Shown: piece after piece, positions 1-8,131 of the stretch
How positions within the stretch are numbered: position 1 is the first letter of the stretch
How the letters are laid out: each line of letters begins with the position of its first letter
Virus record (IMG/VR): IMGVR_UViG_3300021082_000047
Span: 1 to 45,977 of that record
Length of the DNA stretch: 45,977 nt
Source: a virus
Lineage: Duplodnaviria; Caudoviricetes
Direction: 5' to 3' (one strand)
Program-made: the position numbers and the translations under genes
Notes under the pieces: model-generated
The model's database searches: none
Seen by the model: the letters and a program-made list of their open reading frames with translations, nothing else
Told to the model about the DNA's origin: nothing

Positions 1-445
1 CCGACAGCAGGTAGCCGTAGGGCGTGTTGATCGGATCCTCGACGATCATCTGCAAGCTCAGGACGATGCCGGGCGGCGGCTGCGACGTGCAGTAGATGAA
101 GCTCTGGCCGGCGGAGTTGAACCCGGTAGAAGGTCCGATGAAGCCCGACCACGCAAGGAAGAAGTCGTAGTAGAACATCGGCAGGTCTACAGACCCGTAG
201 AGCGTGATCTCCTGCCCGTAGAACGGCGGATGCGGGCACGCCCAGACTTCGTAGTACGCGCCCGGCCATCCCTGTAGCCTGATCCACGGGAGCGGGTTGA
301 ACTGCACGATGGGGATAGTGCTTCGCTCCAGCGTGGCAAAGAGCGTGTTCTGTTGGCCTTGTGGCGGCGCTGGCGACGGTGGCGGTAGCGTAAGTTGCGC
401 CTGTGCGATGGTGCACGCGAGCATCACCAGAAGGAAGCGGCTCAT
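1..445 (-). CDS. Secreted protein, allele A (3' end cut by window edge)
   Basis: MSRFLLVMLACTIAQAQLTLPPP... is allelic to 45046-45516; signal-peptide-like N-terminus. Confidence 0.75.
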   Translation of the reverse strand, partial: MSRFLLVMLACTIAQAQLTLPPPSPAPPQGQQNTLFATLERSTIPIVQFNPLPWIRLQGWPGAYYEVWACPHPPFYGQEITLYGSVDLPMFYYDFFLAWSGFIGPSTGFNSAGQSFIYCTSQPPPGIVLSLQMIVEDPINTPYGYLLS

Positions 446-636
446 GCGGGCTCGATTCTCATACAGTCTTGGATGGCGTTAGCCGACCTGAGCGCCTGCT
501 CCTTCTGGTTGACCATTGTCCTGCTGTCATTCCAATGGTCGCGGACCAAGGCGACGGCTTCGATCTTTGCCGCAAGCCAGCCCGCCTCGAAGCATCGTCG
601 CTCGTGGGCGTCGAATCCTTCTGGGATCGTGGTCAT
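442..636 (-). CDS. Hypothetical protein, allele A (64 aa, MTTIPEGFD...)
   Basis: Reading frame is conserved in the second allele (45513-45707) with mostly synonymous changes; ATGA overlaps with neighbours. Confidence 0.75.
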   Translation of the reverse strand: MTTIPEGFDAHERRCFEAGWLAAKIEAVALVRDHWNDSRTMVNQKEQALRSANAIQDCMRIEPA

Positions 637-842
637 TCTTCCCACTCCTCCATGAGCGCGAGCACGGCGTCGTCGTCTGGTGCCATAGCGCAAGCAAAGC
701 GGGCGCAGTCCAGCAGGAGCTCGAGGTGTTCCAGCGTCACGTTGCGCTCGAACATCGCCTGATCGTCGGCGCATCGCTGGAGCATCTGGAGAACGGTTGT
801 CCGTTCGCTCGGCAACTTGCCGCGTCCTGTGGCCTTCAGCAT
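633..842 (-). CDS. Hypothetical protein, allele A (69 aa, MLKATGRG...)
   Basis: Frame conserved in allele 45704-45913; GGAG upstream of the ATG. Confidence 0.7.
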   Translation of the reverse strand: MLKATGRGKLPSERTTVLQMLQRCADDQAMFERNVTLEHLELLLDCARFACAMAPDDDAVLALMEEWEE

Positions 843-1264
843 GGCGTGACTCCTCGCGACCTGTACGCCGCCTGCCGCTCGCGGTGGCATGTTCGGCAGT
901 ACCGCTGCTCGGGCGATAGGCGCGTCAGTTCGTGCCCACGCTTGCAGTGCGTTTGCCGTGCCCTATCGGCTGCTGGAGCAGTCGAACGCAGCACGTTCTC
1001 GCGGTGCGTTGTGGGCTCCACATGCCACGGATTCACGCACCGCGGGTTGTTGCATCGGTGGTCAAGGTCCATGCCGGCAGGGATCGGACCGCGCTGGTCC
1101 TCGTATGCGAACCGATGGGCGCAAGGGCGCACGCCGGGAGCAACGCGGAAAGAGCCGTATCCGTTGCGGTTGGCGGCACCGTTCCATCGCCAGCACTCAT
1201 CCTTGGTGCCGATACTGGCGTAGCTCCAGAACGCGCCACGCCGCATCATCGGAGTCATCGTCAT
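836..1264 (-). CDS. HNH endonuclease with C-terminal Cys/His zinc-binding tail
   Basis: ECWRWNG..GYG..AHRFAY..LDHRCNNPRCVNPWHVEPTTHREN, then THCKRGH..RYCRTC; lies just after terL. Confidence 0.9.
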   Translation of the reverse strand: MTMTPMMRRGAFWSYASIGTKDECWRWNGAANRNGYGSFRVAPGVRPCAHRFAYEDQRGPIPAGMDLDHRCNNPRCVNPWHVEPTTHRENVLRSTAPAADRARQTHCKRGHELTRLSPEQRYCRTCHRERQAAYRSRGVTPC

Positions 1265-2779
1265 CTACCTACCCCACTGTTTCGCAAAGGCCCGGTACTC
1301 TTGCGGTGTTGGTTCTGCAAATCCGTCAGGATGGAGCGCGGTCACCAACGCATCCGAGTCGTCTGGGGAACGGCCTGCGCGGTTGCGATGTTTGTCTTTT
1401 TCCTCCATGCGCATCGCGCCTCCTGCCCCAGTGTTGTCGTACCGCAACTCGGTCAAGTCCTCGCGCAGCATCCGGTTCTCCGGCGTGTCAGGTACGCCGA
1501 TCTCGCCGCGTCGGAACATCACGCGCATCGCGTCGTGGAGCTCGGCCTTCAGGTTGTAATGCAAGGTGTCGACGCCGAGGAGGTCACGCCAACCGCCGCA
1601 AGGCTTCGCTCCGAAGTTGACTCCCACCACGGGTCGGTTCTCCGTGCGATAGAGGTCCAGTATGCCAGCTCCGATGCCCACCATGTCGACGCGCTTACGC
1701 CTGTCGGGCACTCCGTGGGCCTTGCACAAGGCATCGAATCTGTCCCTGCTTTCTACTGTGTTGTCACTCCACCATGCATCGCGCTTTACAACTACGCGGT
1801 GCTCGTTCGTGATGATCGCGACGTTCTTGTCGCCGCCGCCCGGGTTGCGGGCAGGATCGAATCCGCCGCGCGGGGCCTCGCGGATGTTGGGAGCGAGCGC
1901 GCCCCACTTGTTCTTGGTGGCGAACCGCTCGCACTTGGTGATCAGCGAGTGCGGGATGAGCTGGCGTGATCCGCCCTCTGGGAACTCCCCGAACACGCGC
2001 GCGGTGACGTTGGGATCGTCCGCGCCCCAACGCTGGATCATGCGCCAGATCCACTTGCGGGATATTGCGCCCGGGATGTGGTTCTTGCCTGCTTCCGCCC
2101 ACTCCTCTGTGAACTCCTTGGGGCGCTTGCCGATGTTCGGATGGTCGAACGCCGACAGCTTCAGCTTGTGCCAAGACGGATCGCGGAAGTGCTGCCAGAT
2201 CGGGCCTTGCGCCGCGAGCGGGTTGTACAGCGCGATGAGGCGGGAGTCGGGATGCTGGAGGAGCGATTCGAGCGCGGTCCAGTATTCAAGATCCTCGACG
2301 CCAGAGGCCTCGTCCACGATGACGAACACGGGACCGCCGTGACCGCGGCGCCCCTGGATGCTGGTTGGGTTCTGCGGGTTGACGACGGCGCAGTCCCATC
2401 CGGTCATACGCTTGCCGTTGGCGTCGGTCATCACCCACTCGGCGTCGAGCAGCTTGCCGTCGATAGGGATGACGGACGACTCGTAGGCACGCACGACTTC
2501 CTGCCACAGCCCTGCGTAGACATTGTCGAAGCTCGGGCCTGTGAGGACAGTGCGCGAGTTGGGCGTCGTCGACATCATCTCGACGATCTGCCCGCCCATT
2601 GCGTAGCCCTTGCCGAGGGCGTTGCCTGAGCGGATTGCCACGCGGTCGTACTTGCGGATGAAGCGGGGTATCTCGCGCTGCTTCCGCCAGTATCGACGTC
2701 CCTGGACGACGCGGGAGAAGTACAGAGGATCGCCTGCGATGGCTTCGGTCAGTGAGGGCTCGTCGAGGACGGCTTCCAT
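1265..2779 (-). CDS. terL: Terminase large subunit
   Basis: Walker A-like RSGNALGKG, Walker B VIVDEASG, coupling motif LYNP, nuclease GFDPA...GD and C-terminal SPDDSDAL. Confidence 0.93.
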   Translation of the reverse strand: MEAVLDEPSLTEAIAGDPLYFSRVVQGRRYWRKQREIPRFIRKYDRVAIRSGNALGKGYAMGGQIVEMMSTTPNSRTVLTGPSFDNVYAGLWQEVVRAYESSVIPIDGKLLDAEWVMTDANGKRMTGWDCAVVNPQNPTSIQGRRGHGGPVFVIVDEASGVEDLEYWTALESLLQHPDSRLIALYNPLAAQGPIWQHFRDPSWHKLKLSAFDHPNIGKRPKEFTEEWAEAGKNHIPGAISRKWIWRMIQRWGADDPNVTARVFGEFPEGGSRQLIPHSLITKCERFATKNKWGALAPNIREAPRGGFDPARNPGGGDKNVAIITNEHRVVVKRDAWWSDNTVESRDRFDALCKAHGVPDRRKRVDMVGIGAGILDLYRTENRPVVGVNFGAKPCGGWRDLLGVDTLHYNLKAELHDAMRVMFRRGEIGVPDTPENRMLREDLTELRYDNTGAGGAMRMEEKDKHRNRAGRSPDDSDALVTALHPDGFAEPTPQEYRAFAKQWGR

Positions 2780-2989
2780 CTAATAGGTCAGCCTCGGAGA
2801 CGAGTAGAGAAAAAGCGTCTCATAGTGCTTCCGACGCCACTGTTCCCGAGCAATGTCGGCAGGATGAGGGCAGCCGAGGTATGCGTCGATACCGGCTTCC
2901 CACTGATCGCGGCGAGCCCGCTCGCGCGCCTGCATGTCCTCCATCTCAGCCGTCCATCGATCCCATGCTTTGATGTTGTCGTTGCTCAC
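2780..2989 (-). CDS. Hypothetical protein (69 aa)
   Basis: Tightly packed ORF between terS and terL. Confidence 0.6.
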   Translation of the reverse strand: MSNDNIKAWDRWTAEMEDMQARERARRDQWEAGIDAYLGCPHPADIAREQWRRKHYETLFLYSSPRLTY

Positions 2990-3162
2990 GCCGGCATCAT
3001 CTCCAGCATGGCGAGCAGCGGGCCGTCGTGGGCGTCGTCGTCCAGGTCAAGGCGCGAGGCTATCATGGCGAGGTCGGCGTCGTCCGGCTCGCCCTCGCCG
3101 ACTGAGTCATACTTCATGGCTGTGAATCGCAACAATGATCCCAGGCGCCGGATGCGCCTCAT
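2986..3162 (-). CDS. Hypothetical protein (58 aa, MRRIRRLGSLL...; not in ORF track)
   Basis: Hand translation; 4-nt start/stop overlaps with both neighbours fill the gap exactly. Confidence 0.55.
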   Translation of the reverse strand: MRRIRRLGSLLRFTAMKYDSVGEGEPDDADLAMIASRLDLDDDAHDGPLLAMLEMMPA

Positions 3163-3563
3163 CCTGGCTTCCGTCCCTTGCGCGCGCGCTCCGCCGCCAT
3201 GATGGACTGGACGCTTTGCTTGGCGACCTGGCCGATGGCCTTCGCGTCGTCAGGCGACAACTTGCGCCCCCATCGCTTGTAGTTCTTGCGTTCCAGGTAC
3301 CACGCCGAGGCTTTCCAGTCGGTCAGCATCGCGTCGACGATGACAGCCACAGCCCGTGCTTCCGCCGTGCATTCGGCAGCCTTTATTGCCGCTCGATACG
3401 CTGCAAACGGCTCCTCGCCCTTTTTCCCTCGCGTCATCCAAGAGCGATGGGTCGAAGCTCCAACCCCACACGCTTGCGCCGCTATCTCCGGGAAGTTGGC
3501 CCCCTTGACCAGATCGACGATCTTGGCGTGGACTTCCGGCGTCAGGTCCGTAGGTCTGCCCAC
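3159..3563 (-). CDS. terS: Terminase small subunit (HTH type)
   Basis: GRPTDLTPE..IVDLVKGAN..AAQACGVGASTHRSW HTH and DWKASAWYLER motif; upstream of terL. Confidence 0.8.
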   Translation of the reverse strand: MGRPTDLTPEVHAKIVDLVKGANFPEIAAQACGVGASTHRSWMTRGKKGEEPFAAYRAAIKAAECTAEARAVAVIVDAMLTDWKASAWYLERKNYKRWGRKLSPDDAKAIGQVAKQSVQSIMAAERARKGRKPG

Positions 3564-3832
3564 TACTCACGCGCCGCCCCGTCGTCGGCTTGGTTCAGGT
3601 CGTCTGGATCCTCGCACGGATAGGAGTGCATCTCGCAGAGGGACATCGCCACGGCGTCGGTCAGGCGGGAAAAGCTACCGGCGCGTCCGGTGGCGAACAG
3701 CCGCCACGCCTTGCCGTGTTTGGCTGTGTCGGGGTAATCGAGGATGACGACGGCTACGGCGGTACCGCGCCGGCTCAGGGCGTTGATGAGGTCGGTCGAG
3801 GCGACGTAGTCCAGGTCAGCGGAGTCGGTCAC
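3563..3832 (-). CDS. Hypothetical protein (GTG start, MTDSADLDY...)
   Basis: GTGA overlap with the upstream gene; abuts terS. Confidence 0.6.
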   Translation of the reverse strand: MTDSADLDYVASTDLINALSRRGTAVAVVILDYPDTAKHGKAWRLFATGRAGSFSRLTDAVAMSLCEMHSYPCEDPDDLNQADDGAARE

Positions 3833-4011
3833 TCGCCGTCCTCGTCTGTCTCGACGACCTCGAATCCGACGGCATTGGCGTTGCGCCTGGTCGTCGTGGC
3901 TTCTGAGCACGCCCGGAGCGCCTGAGCGCATGAGAGGACGGCGTTGGCGGCAGCCTGGACGGCTGACTGCGCGGCGGCAAGCGTGCGCTCGGATGCGGTC
4001 TGCCTGCTCAC
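3829..4011 (-). CDS. Hypothetical protein (60 aa)
   Basis: 4-nt overlaps with both neighbours. Confidence 0.55.
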   Translation of the reverse strand: MSRQTASERTLAAAQSAVQAAANAVLSCAQALRACSEATTTRRNANAVGFEVVETDEDGE

Positions 4012-4427
4012 GTCACGACCGCTTCCGAGGGCTGGTCGACGGGATCAGGGCTGGCGACGACCGGCGCGGGCATGTCGGGCAGCGGCATCAGCTCCTGGAC
4101 GATGCCTGAGGCGATCTGCCGCGCCTCGTCAGCGAGCATCTCGCCGGCGCGGACCAGCGGTGACCACTTCGGGCGGGCCTTGGCTTCCAGCTCCTCGCCG
4201 CGGATGTCATCGTCGCCGTCGCGGATGATCCGGCGCGTGTCGTTCATCTCCTTTTCCCACAGCGCCCGCGCCTGCTTCCGGTAGGGCTCGAAGGATTCAG
4301 GCTTGGTGATGACGGCGCGGAGGTAGTCGGTGGCGAGCTGTGAGCGGAACTGGTTGGTGGCTTCCGCCCAGGCGAGGATGGGATCTTTCGGGGTGGTCGC
4401 CGCCGGCGTTTCTGGTTGGGTTTCCAT
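4008..4427 (-). CDS. Hypothetical protein, first gene after a ~100-nt intergenic gap (probable start of late operon)
   Basis: GAGG RBS; protein-like composition. Confidence 0.7.
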   Translation of the reverse strand: METQPETPAATTPKDPILAWAEATNQFRSQLATDYLRAVITKPESFEPYRKQARALWEKEMNDTRRIIRDGDDDIRGEELEAKARPKWSPLVRAGEMLADEARQIASGIVQELMPLPDMPAPVVASPDPVDQPSEAVVT

Positions 4428-4528
4428 GTGTTGCCCTCAGTCTTGCCGGGTAGGCGACATCCGTAAAGCCCCGAGGAGAGGCATCCGTCAGCGGGGGCAA
4501 GGGTGGGCTCGGTTGGATAGGGAACACT

Positions 4529-4675
4529 CTATAACGAGCAAGTCGACATCCCGCCAGAGGAAGGGAGTCCGCACCACCAGCACTTCGCGCCTTCCACCTT
4601 GGGCTCGCGGCAGGTGCAGCTGGTAGGAGCAGGCCTGCCGCGCGCCGCCTCGTCCACGTCGTTCAATTCGATCAT
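4529..4675 (-). CDS. Small Cys-rich protein (48 aa)
   Basis: MIELNDV..CTC..CWWC; ATGA overlap with the VRR-NUC gene; GGAGG RBS. Confidence 0.5.
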   Translation of the reverse strand: MIELNDVDEAARGRPAPTSCTCREPKVEGAKCWWCGLPSSGGMSTCSL

Positions 4676-4998
4676 GCTGCCTCCATCGCCGCATTGAGAA
4701 TGGCTACCGCCTCCTCCGCGCTCGTCACGAATCCCGCAACGCATCCCGAAACACGCATTGCGTCGATGGTGGCGATCTGGTCAAGCGTGCCGCCGTAACC
4801 ACCACCGGGGGCTTTGATTTCGATTCCGATGCGGCGTCCGTCCTTTGTCCATCCGTCAACGTCAGGCATGCCCTTGGGACCTGAGCGGTAGTTGCCGCGC
4901 ATCCTGCCTATGCTTTGTTTCCAAGCGCGGGCAACGAGCGGATGCCGTTGGACGGCGGCGAGAATGGCGGGCGTGACGTCGGCCTCGGTAGTGGTCAT
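4672..4998 (-). CDS. VRR-NUC domain nuclease / Holliday junction resolvase-like
   Basis: PD-(D/E)xK motif GMPDV..IGIEIK..Q and C-terminal FVTSAEEA. Confidence 0.85.
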   Translation of the reverse strand: MTTTEADVTPAILAAVQRHPLVARAWKQSIGRMRGNYRSGPKGMPDVDGWTKDGRRIGIEIKAPGGGYGGTLDQIATIDAMRVSGCVAGFVTSAEEAVAILNAAMEAA

Positions 4999-5207
4999 GC
5001 TGACTCCGTTGCTGTCAGTGCCCTTAGAGCATCGCGCATGTTCGACCACCACGCATCGCGCTCGTTCAGCGTGTCGGCTTTTATGTACGCCTCGAAGCGA
5101 TCCGCGAGCGCGAGCAGCAGCGCCAGGTCGTTTGGTCGCAGCATCGCCTGCTTTTCAGACATGATCGCGGCATGAGCTTTACGCACTCGTTCCAGTGGCG
5201 TGCTCAT
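4995..5207 (-). CDS. Hypothetical protein (70 aa)
   Basis: GGAGG RBS; ATGA overlaps. Confidence 0.6.
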   Translation of the reverse strand: MSTPLERVRKAHAAIMSEKQAMLRPNDLALLLALADRFEAYIKADTLNERDAWWSNMRDALRALTATESA

Positions 5208-5491
5208 GTTGCCTCCGTTGCTGGCGGCTGCTTGCGGAGGTTTGCGATGTGTACGGCAATGGTCGCAGCGTGCCATCGCTCGTAATCCCCAATCGTTGGC
5301 ACGTCGTCGTACTCGCCTCTGAGAGTGTTGGCGATTTTGACCGCAGCCTCAATGGCCGCGTTCCAGCCCTCGGTGTACTGCCAGCGTTGGATCTTGTCAG
5401 AGATGGCGGCAACCAGACGATCCTGGCCACATGCAGGGCAAGGATTGTCGGGCCTGCCTCGCTCGTATCCATGTTTGCATATGTCGCTCAA
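5204..5491 (-). CDS. Hypothetical protein (TTG start, CKHG..CPAC, GWNAAIEAA motif)
   Basis: TTGA overlap; motif typical of small phage early proteins. Confidence 0.6.
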   Translation of the reverse strand: MSDICKHGYERGRPDNPCPACGQDRLVAAISDKIQRWQYTEGWNAAIEAAVKIANTLRGEYDDVPTIGDYERWHAATIAVHIANLRKQPPATEAT

Positions 5492-6603
5492 TCCCCACCC
5501 CCTTGCGCTGCGTCCGGGTGCCGGGCGAGGAATGCGCGGATGTCGCGCATGTCGAGAGACATCAGATAGCCAGCGCGAGACGCGAGTGAGCATCCCTCAT
5601 CTCCCATTGTGCAGCACACGCGCCGCAGCAGCCGCACGGCTTCGTCGCGCTCGGCCTCGGCCATGTTCCGAGTGGCTGTCGCATTCCCCCTACCGCGCCG
5701 CATCCGTTCAACCTCCAGCGTTAGGTCCGCGATCTCCTCGACGGCGCGGCTCGCGGCGGCTGCCAGCACATCTGCGGCGTCTATGGCTCGCCCTTCCTTG
5801 CGATGGCATCCGCGCCGATGTACGCCTACGCGCTCTGCGCCGTAAGCCTGTAGCGCATCCCGCAACTCAGCCGCGCTGGACGGGGCGGTACTCGTCGCAC
5901 TCTTGGATTCCGAGCCACCACATGCCGTCGCTGGTAAACCTGACGCGGTGTTCCGATCCGAGTCGTCCGCACTCGCAACGCTCGGGCTCTGATTCTTCGG
6001 GCATGGGTCACTCCCCTCGGCTCTCTCGGTAGTCGCACCACCTGTCGAATGCGAGGTAGCCGACGATCGCGAGGACAATGATGCTGCATCCGATAGCGTC
6101 CCACATGATGGCTGCTCCTTCCTGACGTGGTGAATGAACGGCTTTCCGTAGTCGTCAACGTCACCGAAGCACTCGGTACCGCCGCACTCGCACGTAGCAG
6201 GAGGCTCGTCCGGCGCTTTCGCCACGGGCAGTCCCAACGCCTCACGCTGACCAGCGGATAAGGTAGGAGTCGCCACGCCGCGCGATGTGGCGTGCTCCAA
6301 GTTGTGCAATACCTCGATGCTGTCGTCCGCTTCCAGCGCGGCGCGTATCTCCGCATAGGTCGGACGCTCGCGCAGAGCCTCCAGCATCTCGGCCTTGCCT
6401 GCCGTGAAGTTCTCCAGGTCGTTGAGCCGCTGGTTGTTCACGGAGTCTGATCGCTCCAAAGCCGTCAGGCGAGCGCAGACCGACGACAGCGTGCGATTCA
6501 GCTCCGAGAGCTGGCGCTCGTAATCATCCCAGATGGCGCTATCCAGCTTCAGGCTGGCCTCGATTGCAAAGATCCGCTCGATTGCGTCCTTCTCCGCGCT
6601 CAT
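5488..6603 (-). CDS. Hypothetical coiled-coil protein (371 aa) whose Ser/Thr-rich middle overlaps two out-of-frame small ORFs
   Basis: Long ORF with ATGA overlap; coiled-coil-like N- and C-terminal parts. Confidence 0.6.
   Translation of the reverse strand: MSAEKDAIERIFAIEASLKLDSAIWDDYERQLSELNRTLSSVCARLTALERSDSVNNQRLNDLENFTAGKAEMLEALRERPTYAEIRAALEADDSIEVLHNLEHATSRGVATPTLSAGQREALGLPVAKAPDEPPATCECGGTECFGDVDDYGKPFIHHVRKEQPSCGTLSDAASLSSRSSATSHSTGGATTERAEGSDPCPKNQSPSVASADDSDRNTASGLPATACGGSESKSATSTAPSSAAELRDALQAYGAERVGVHRRGCHRKEGRAIDAADVLAAAASRAVEEIADLTLEVERMRRGRGNATATRNMAEAERDEAVRLLRRVCCTMGDEGCSLASRAGYLMSLDMRDIRAFLARHPDAAQGGGD
5867..6004 (-). CDS. Nested small Cys/His protein (45 aa, MPEESEPERCECG...)
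   Basis: Hand translation; GAGGGGAG RBS; CECG..H..C pattern. Confidence 0.5.
   Translation of the reverse strand: MPEESEPERCECGRLGSEHRVRFTSDGMWWLGIQECDEYRPVQRG
6008..6106 (-). CDS. Nested small membrane peptide (32 aa, MWDAIGCSIIVLAIVGYLAF...)
   Basis: Hand translation; AAGGAG RBS; one TM segment. Confidence 0.5.
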   Translation of the reverse strand: MWDAIGCSIIVLAIVGYLAFDRWCDYRESRGE

Positions 6604-7019
6604 GGCTTCCTCCGCTCATCCGTCACCAGCGCGATGTTCCCCGCCGCCAGTCGCTTCTGCAATTGCTCCAGGAACTCCTTGCTCCGCGCCCTGTCCTCCG
6701 GGCTCGTCGCCGCGATCTCCGCGCTGATCCTGTCCGCTGTTGCCACGCCATTCCTCGCCTTCAGGATGGTAGCCACCTTGCCGCGGATAGCTGCGATAGG
6801 ATTCCCGACACGATCCGCCGTGTCGCCAAGCTCGAGCAGCGCATCGCAAAGCACATCCTTGGGCAACGTGCCGACGCGACTCCGCACGTACAGGATCTCC
6901 TCCTCCGATACCGAGCGCCCGCAGATCAGCGGAACGATCACGGCGAGCGAGTCGAGCAGCCCATCGCGCGCCGCCTCATTCGCCTTCGGTAAATCCAAGC
7001 TGAAGTGTTTCTGTTTCAT
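6600..7019 (-). CDS. Hypothetical protein downstream of replication initiator (possible helicase-loader partner)
   Basis: Position only; 139 aa. Confidence 0.6.
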   Translation of the reverse strand: MKQKHFSLDLPKANEAARDGLLDSLAVIVPLICGRSVSEEEILYVRSRVGTLPKDVLCDALLELGDTADRVGNPIAAIRGKVATILKARNGVATADRISAEIAATSPEDRARSKEFLEQLQKRLAAGNIALVTDERRKP

Positions 7020-7884
7020 TCTGGTTCATCCTTTGGAAAAGAGCCTGCGCCCTGTTTGCGAGCGATGCCGTGCGGGACTGGACTTGGTTCGTCTTCGGGT
7101 CGTGCTGCCCTGCGTCGAGGGCCGCGAGATTCTTCACGCCTACCGCCCAGAGAATCCCCGGGCATTGCCAGTCGTACTCCTCGCCGCGCAGCTTTGGGGA
7201 GGCCCCGATACGGGCGAACGCCGCGTACCAGTCCCGCTTGCCCTCCCGCTTCAGAGCCGCCGCGAGCTGCTTCCTGACGCCGGCAGCGAGGGGGCGGTCG
7301 GGCTGGCTCATGGTCGGGCATCGGTCCCCCCAGATGTCCGCGAGGTCATCCGGGGTGAGCCCCGACCCCGTAGGGGGAGGGGGGTCTACCGAACGTAGTG
7401 AGGTAGTCTTACTCTCTATCTCTATCTTGTGCGGTGACAGAGCGGTGACCGTCACCGGTTCTGGCGGTGACATGCCGGTGACATGCCGGTGACCGTCGCG
7501 CTGTCTTTGCGCCCTCTTGTTGTTTCGCTTTCGGACCAGTTCCCCGAACATCTCGTCGAATCCGTGTAGACTGGCTTCCGGTGTCCCTGGGTTATCTATG
7601 AACCCGGAAGACATCCACGCGGCGTGGACGGCGTCGACCTTGCGCGAGTGAGGCCAGGCAATGAGCCTGCAGAACGCCCGAGGCGCGTGGTGTCCGAGCT
7701 TGCCGTCGTCCGTGGTGTCAGCGAGCCGACACGCCAGCCGGTGAAGCTGGCCCACGGCGACGTCGAGCGACCAGTCAGGATCGACGCCAAGGGCCTCCAG
7801 AGCCCTTGCCAGGGCCGCCGTCTTCGGATGGTCCCAGACGTCCGCGTACAGCCTCGCCCACGTCCCATGCGCCCTGGAGCCCAT
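6976..7884 (-). CDS. Phage replication initiator (replisome-organiser / lambda-O-like)
   Basis: N-terminal WARLY..WDHPKT, LHGFDE..RKRNNKRAQRQR, a repeat-rich linker containing DNA iterons and KIEIE, and a C-terminal helical domain. Confidence 0.75.
   Translation of the reverse strand: MGSRAHGTWARLYADVWDHPKTAALARALEALGVDPDWSLDVAVGQLHRLACRLADTTDDGKLGHHAPRAFCRLIAWPHSRKVDAVHAAWMSSGFIDNPGTPEASLHGFDEMFGELVRKRNNKRAQRQRDGHRHVTGMSPPEPVTVTALSPHKIEIESKTTSLRSVDPPPPTGSGLTPDDLADIWGDRCPTMSQPDRPLAAGVRKQLAAALKREGKRDWYAAFARIGASPKLRGEEYDWQCPGILWAVGVKNLAALDAGQHDPKTNQVQSRTASLANRAQALFQRMNQNETETLQLGFTEGE
7432..7493. repeat. Putative replication-origin iterons CGGTGAC
   Basis: Direct copies at 7432, 7443, 7465, 7476, 7487 (11-bp phase) and an inverted copy at 7451; AT-richer TCTCTATCTCTATCTT next to them. 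Confidence 0.7.
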
Positions 7885-7943
7885 CCCCACCCCTTCCCGT
7901 GCTTGCGGGCAACCCAAGGTGGGCCTCCCGTAGTGCCAGGCTG

Positions 7944-8017
7944 AAAAAGAACCGGGCCGGTCGCGCGTCCCCTGCTGTGCGTTGTTTCCCCACCGCACAT
8001 TCGCGCGACCAGCCCGG
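7944..8017 (-). terminator. Long hairpin plus U-tract upstream of the replication gene (terminator/attenuator)
   Basis: CCGGGC-CGGTCGCGCG ... CGCGCGACC-AGCCCGG stem with inner TGTGCG/CGCACA; followed by TTCTTTTT on the minus strand. Confidence 0.6.
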
Positions 8018-8131
8018 GAAAATTTCGATCGGCTGCCGGTCTCTTCGCAGCACGGCTTGAGACGCGCTGCTTTTCGCGGTGCCGATCGCGGAACGGAAAC
8101 AATCCGCCCCGGTTGTTTGATTCGGTGGCGT

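Larger units (their letters stand above)
1..906 (+). repeat. Terminal duplicated segment, copy A (diverged allele of 45072-45977)
   Basis: 1-127 identical to 45072-45198; 799-906 identical to 45870-45977; colinear between with no indels and about 105 substitutions by hand count. Confidence 0.95.

Noticed and set aside
1-906. Diversity-generating retroelement TR/VR pair (with 45072-45977)
   Set aside because: Substitutions involve all four bases and are largely synonymous, the region spans three genes, and no reverse transcriptase is present.
1265-2779. Intein or intron in terL (or in capsid/portal)
   Set aside because: Lengths are normal, motifs are contiguous, and there are no intein splice motifs; the HNH genes are free-standing.
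7432-7493. CRISPR array or mini-array
   Set aside because: 7-bp units on an 11-bp period inside a coding gene, with no spacer-length unique sequences and no cas genes.
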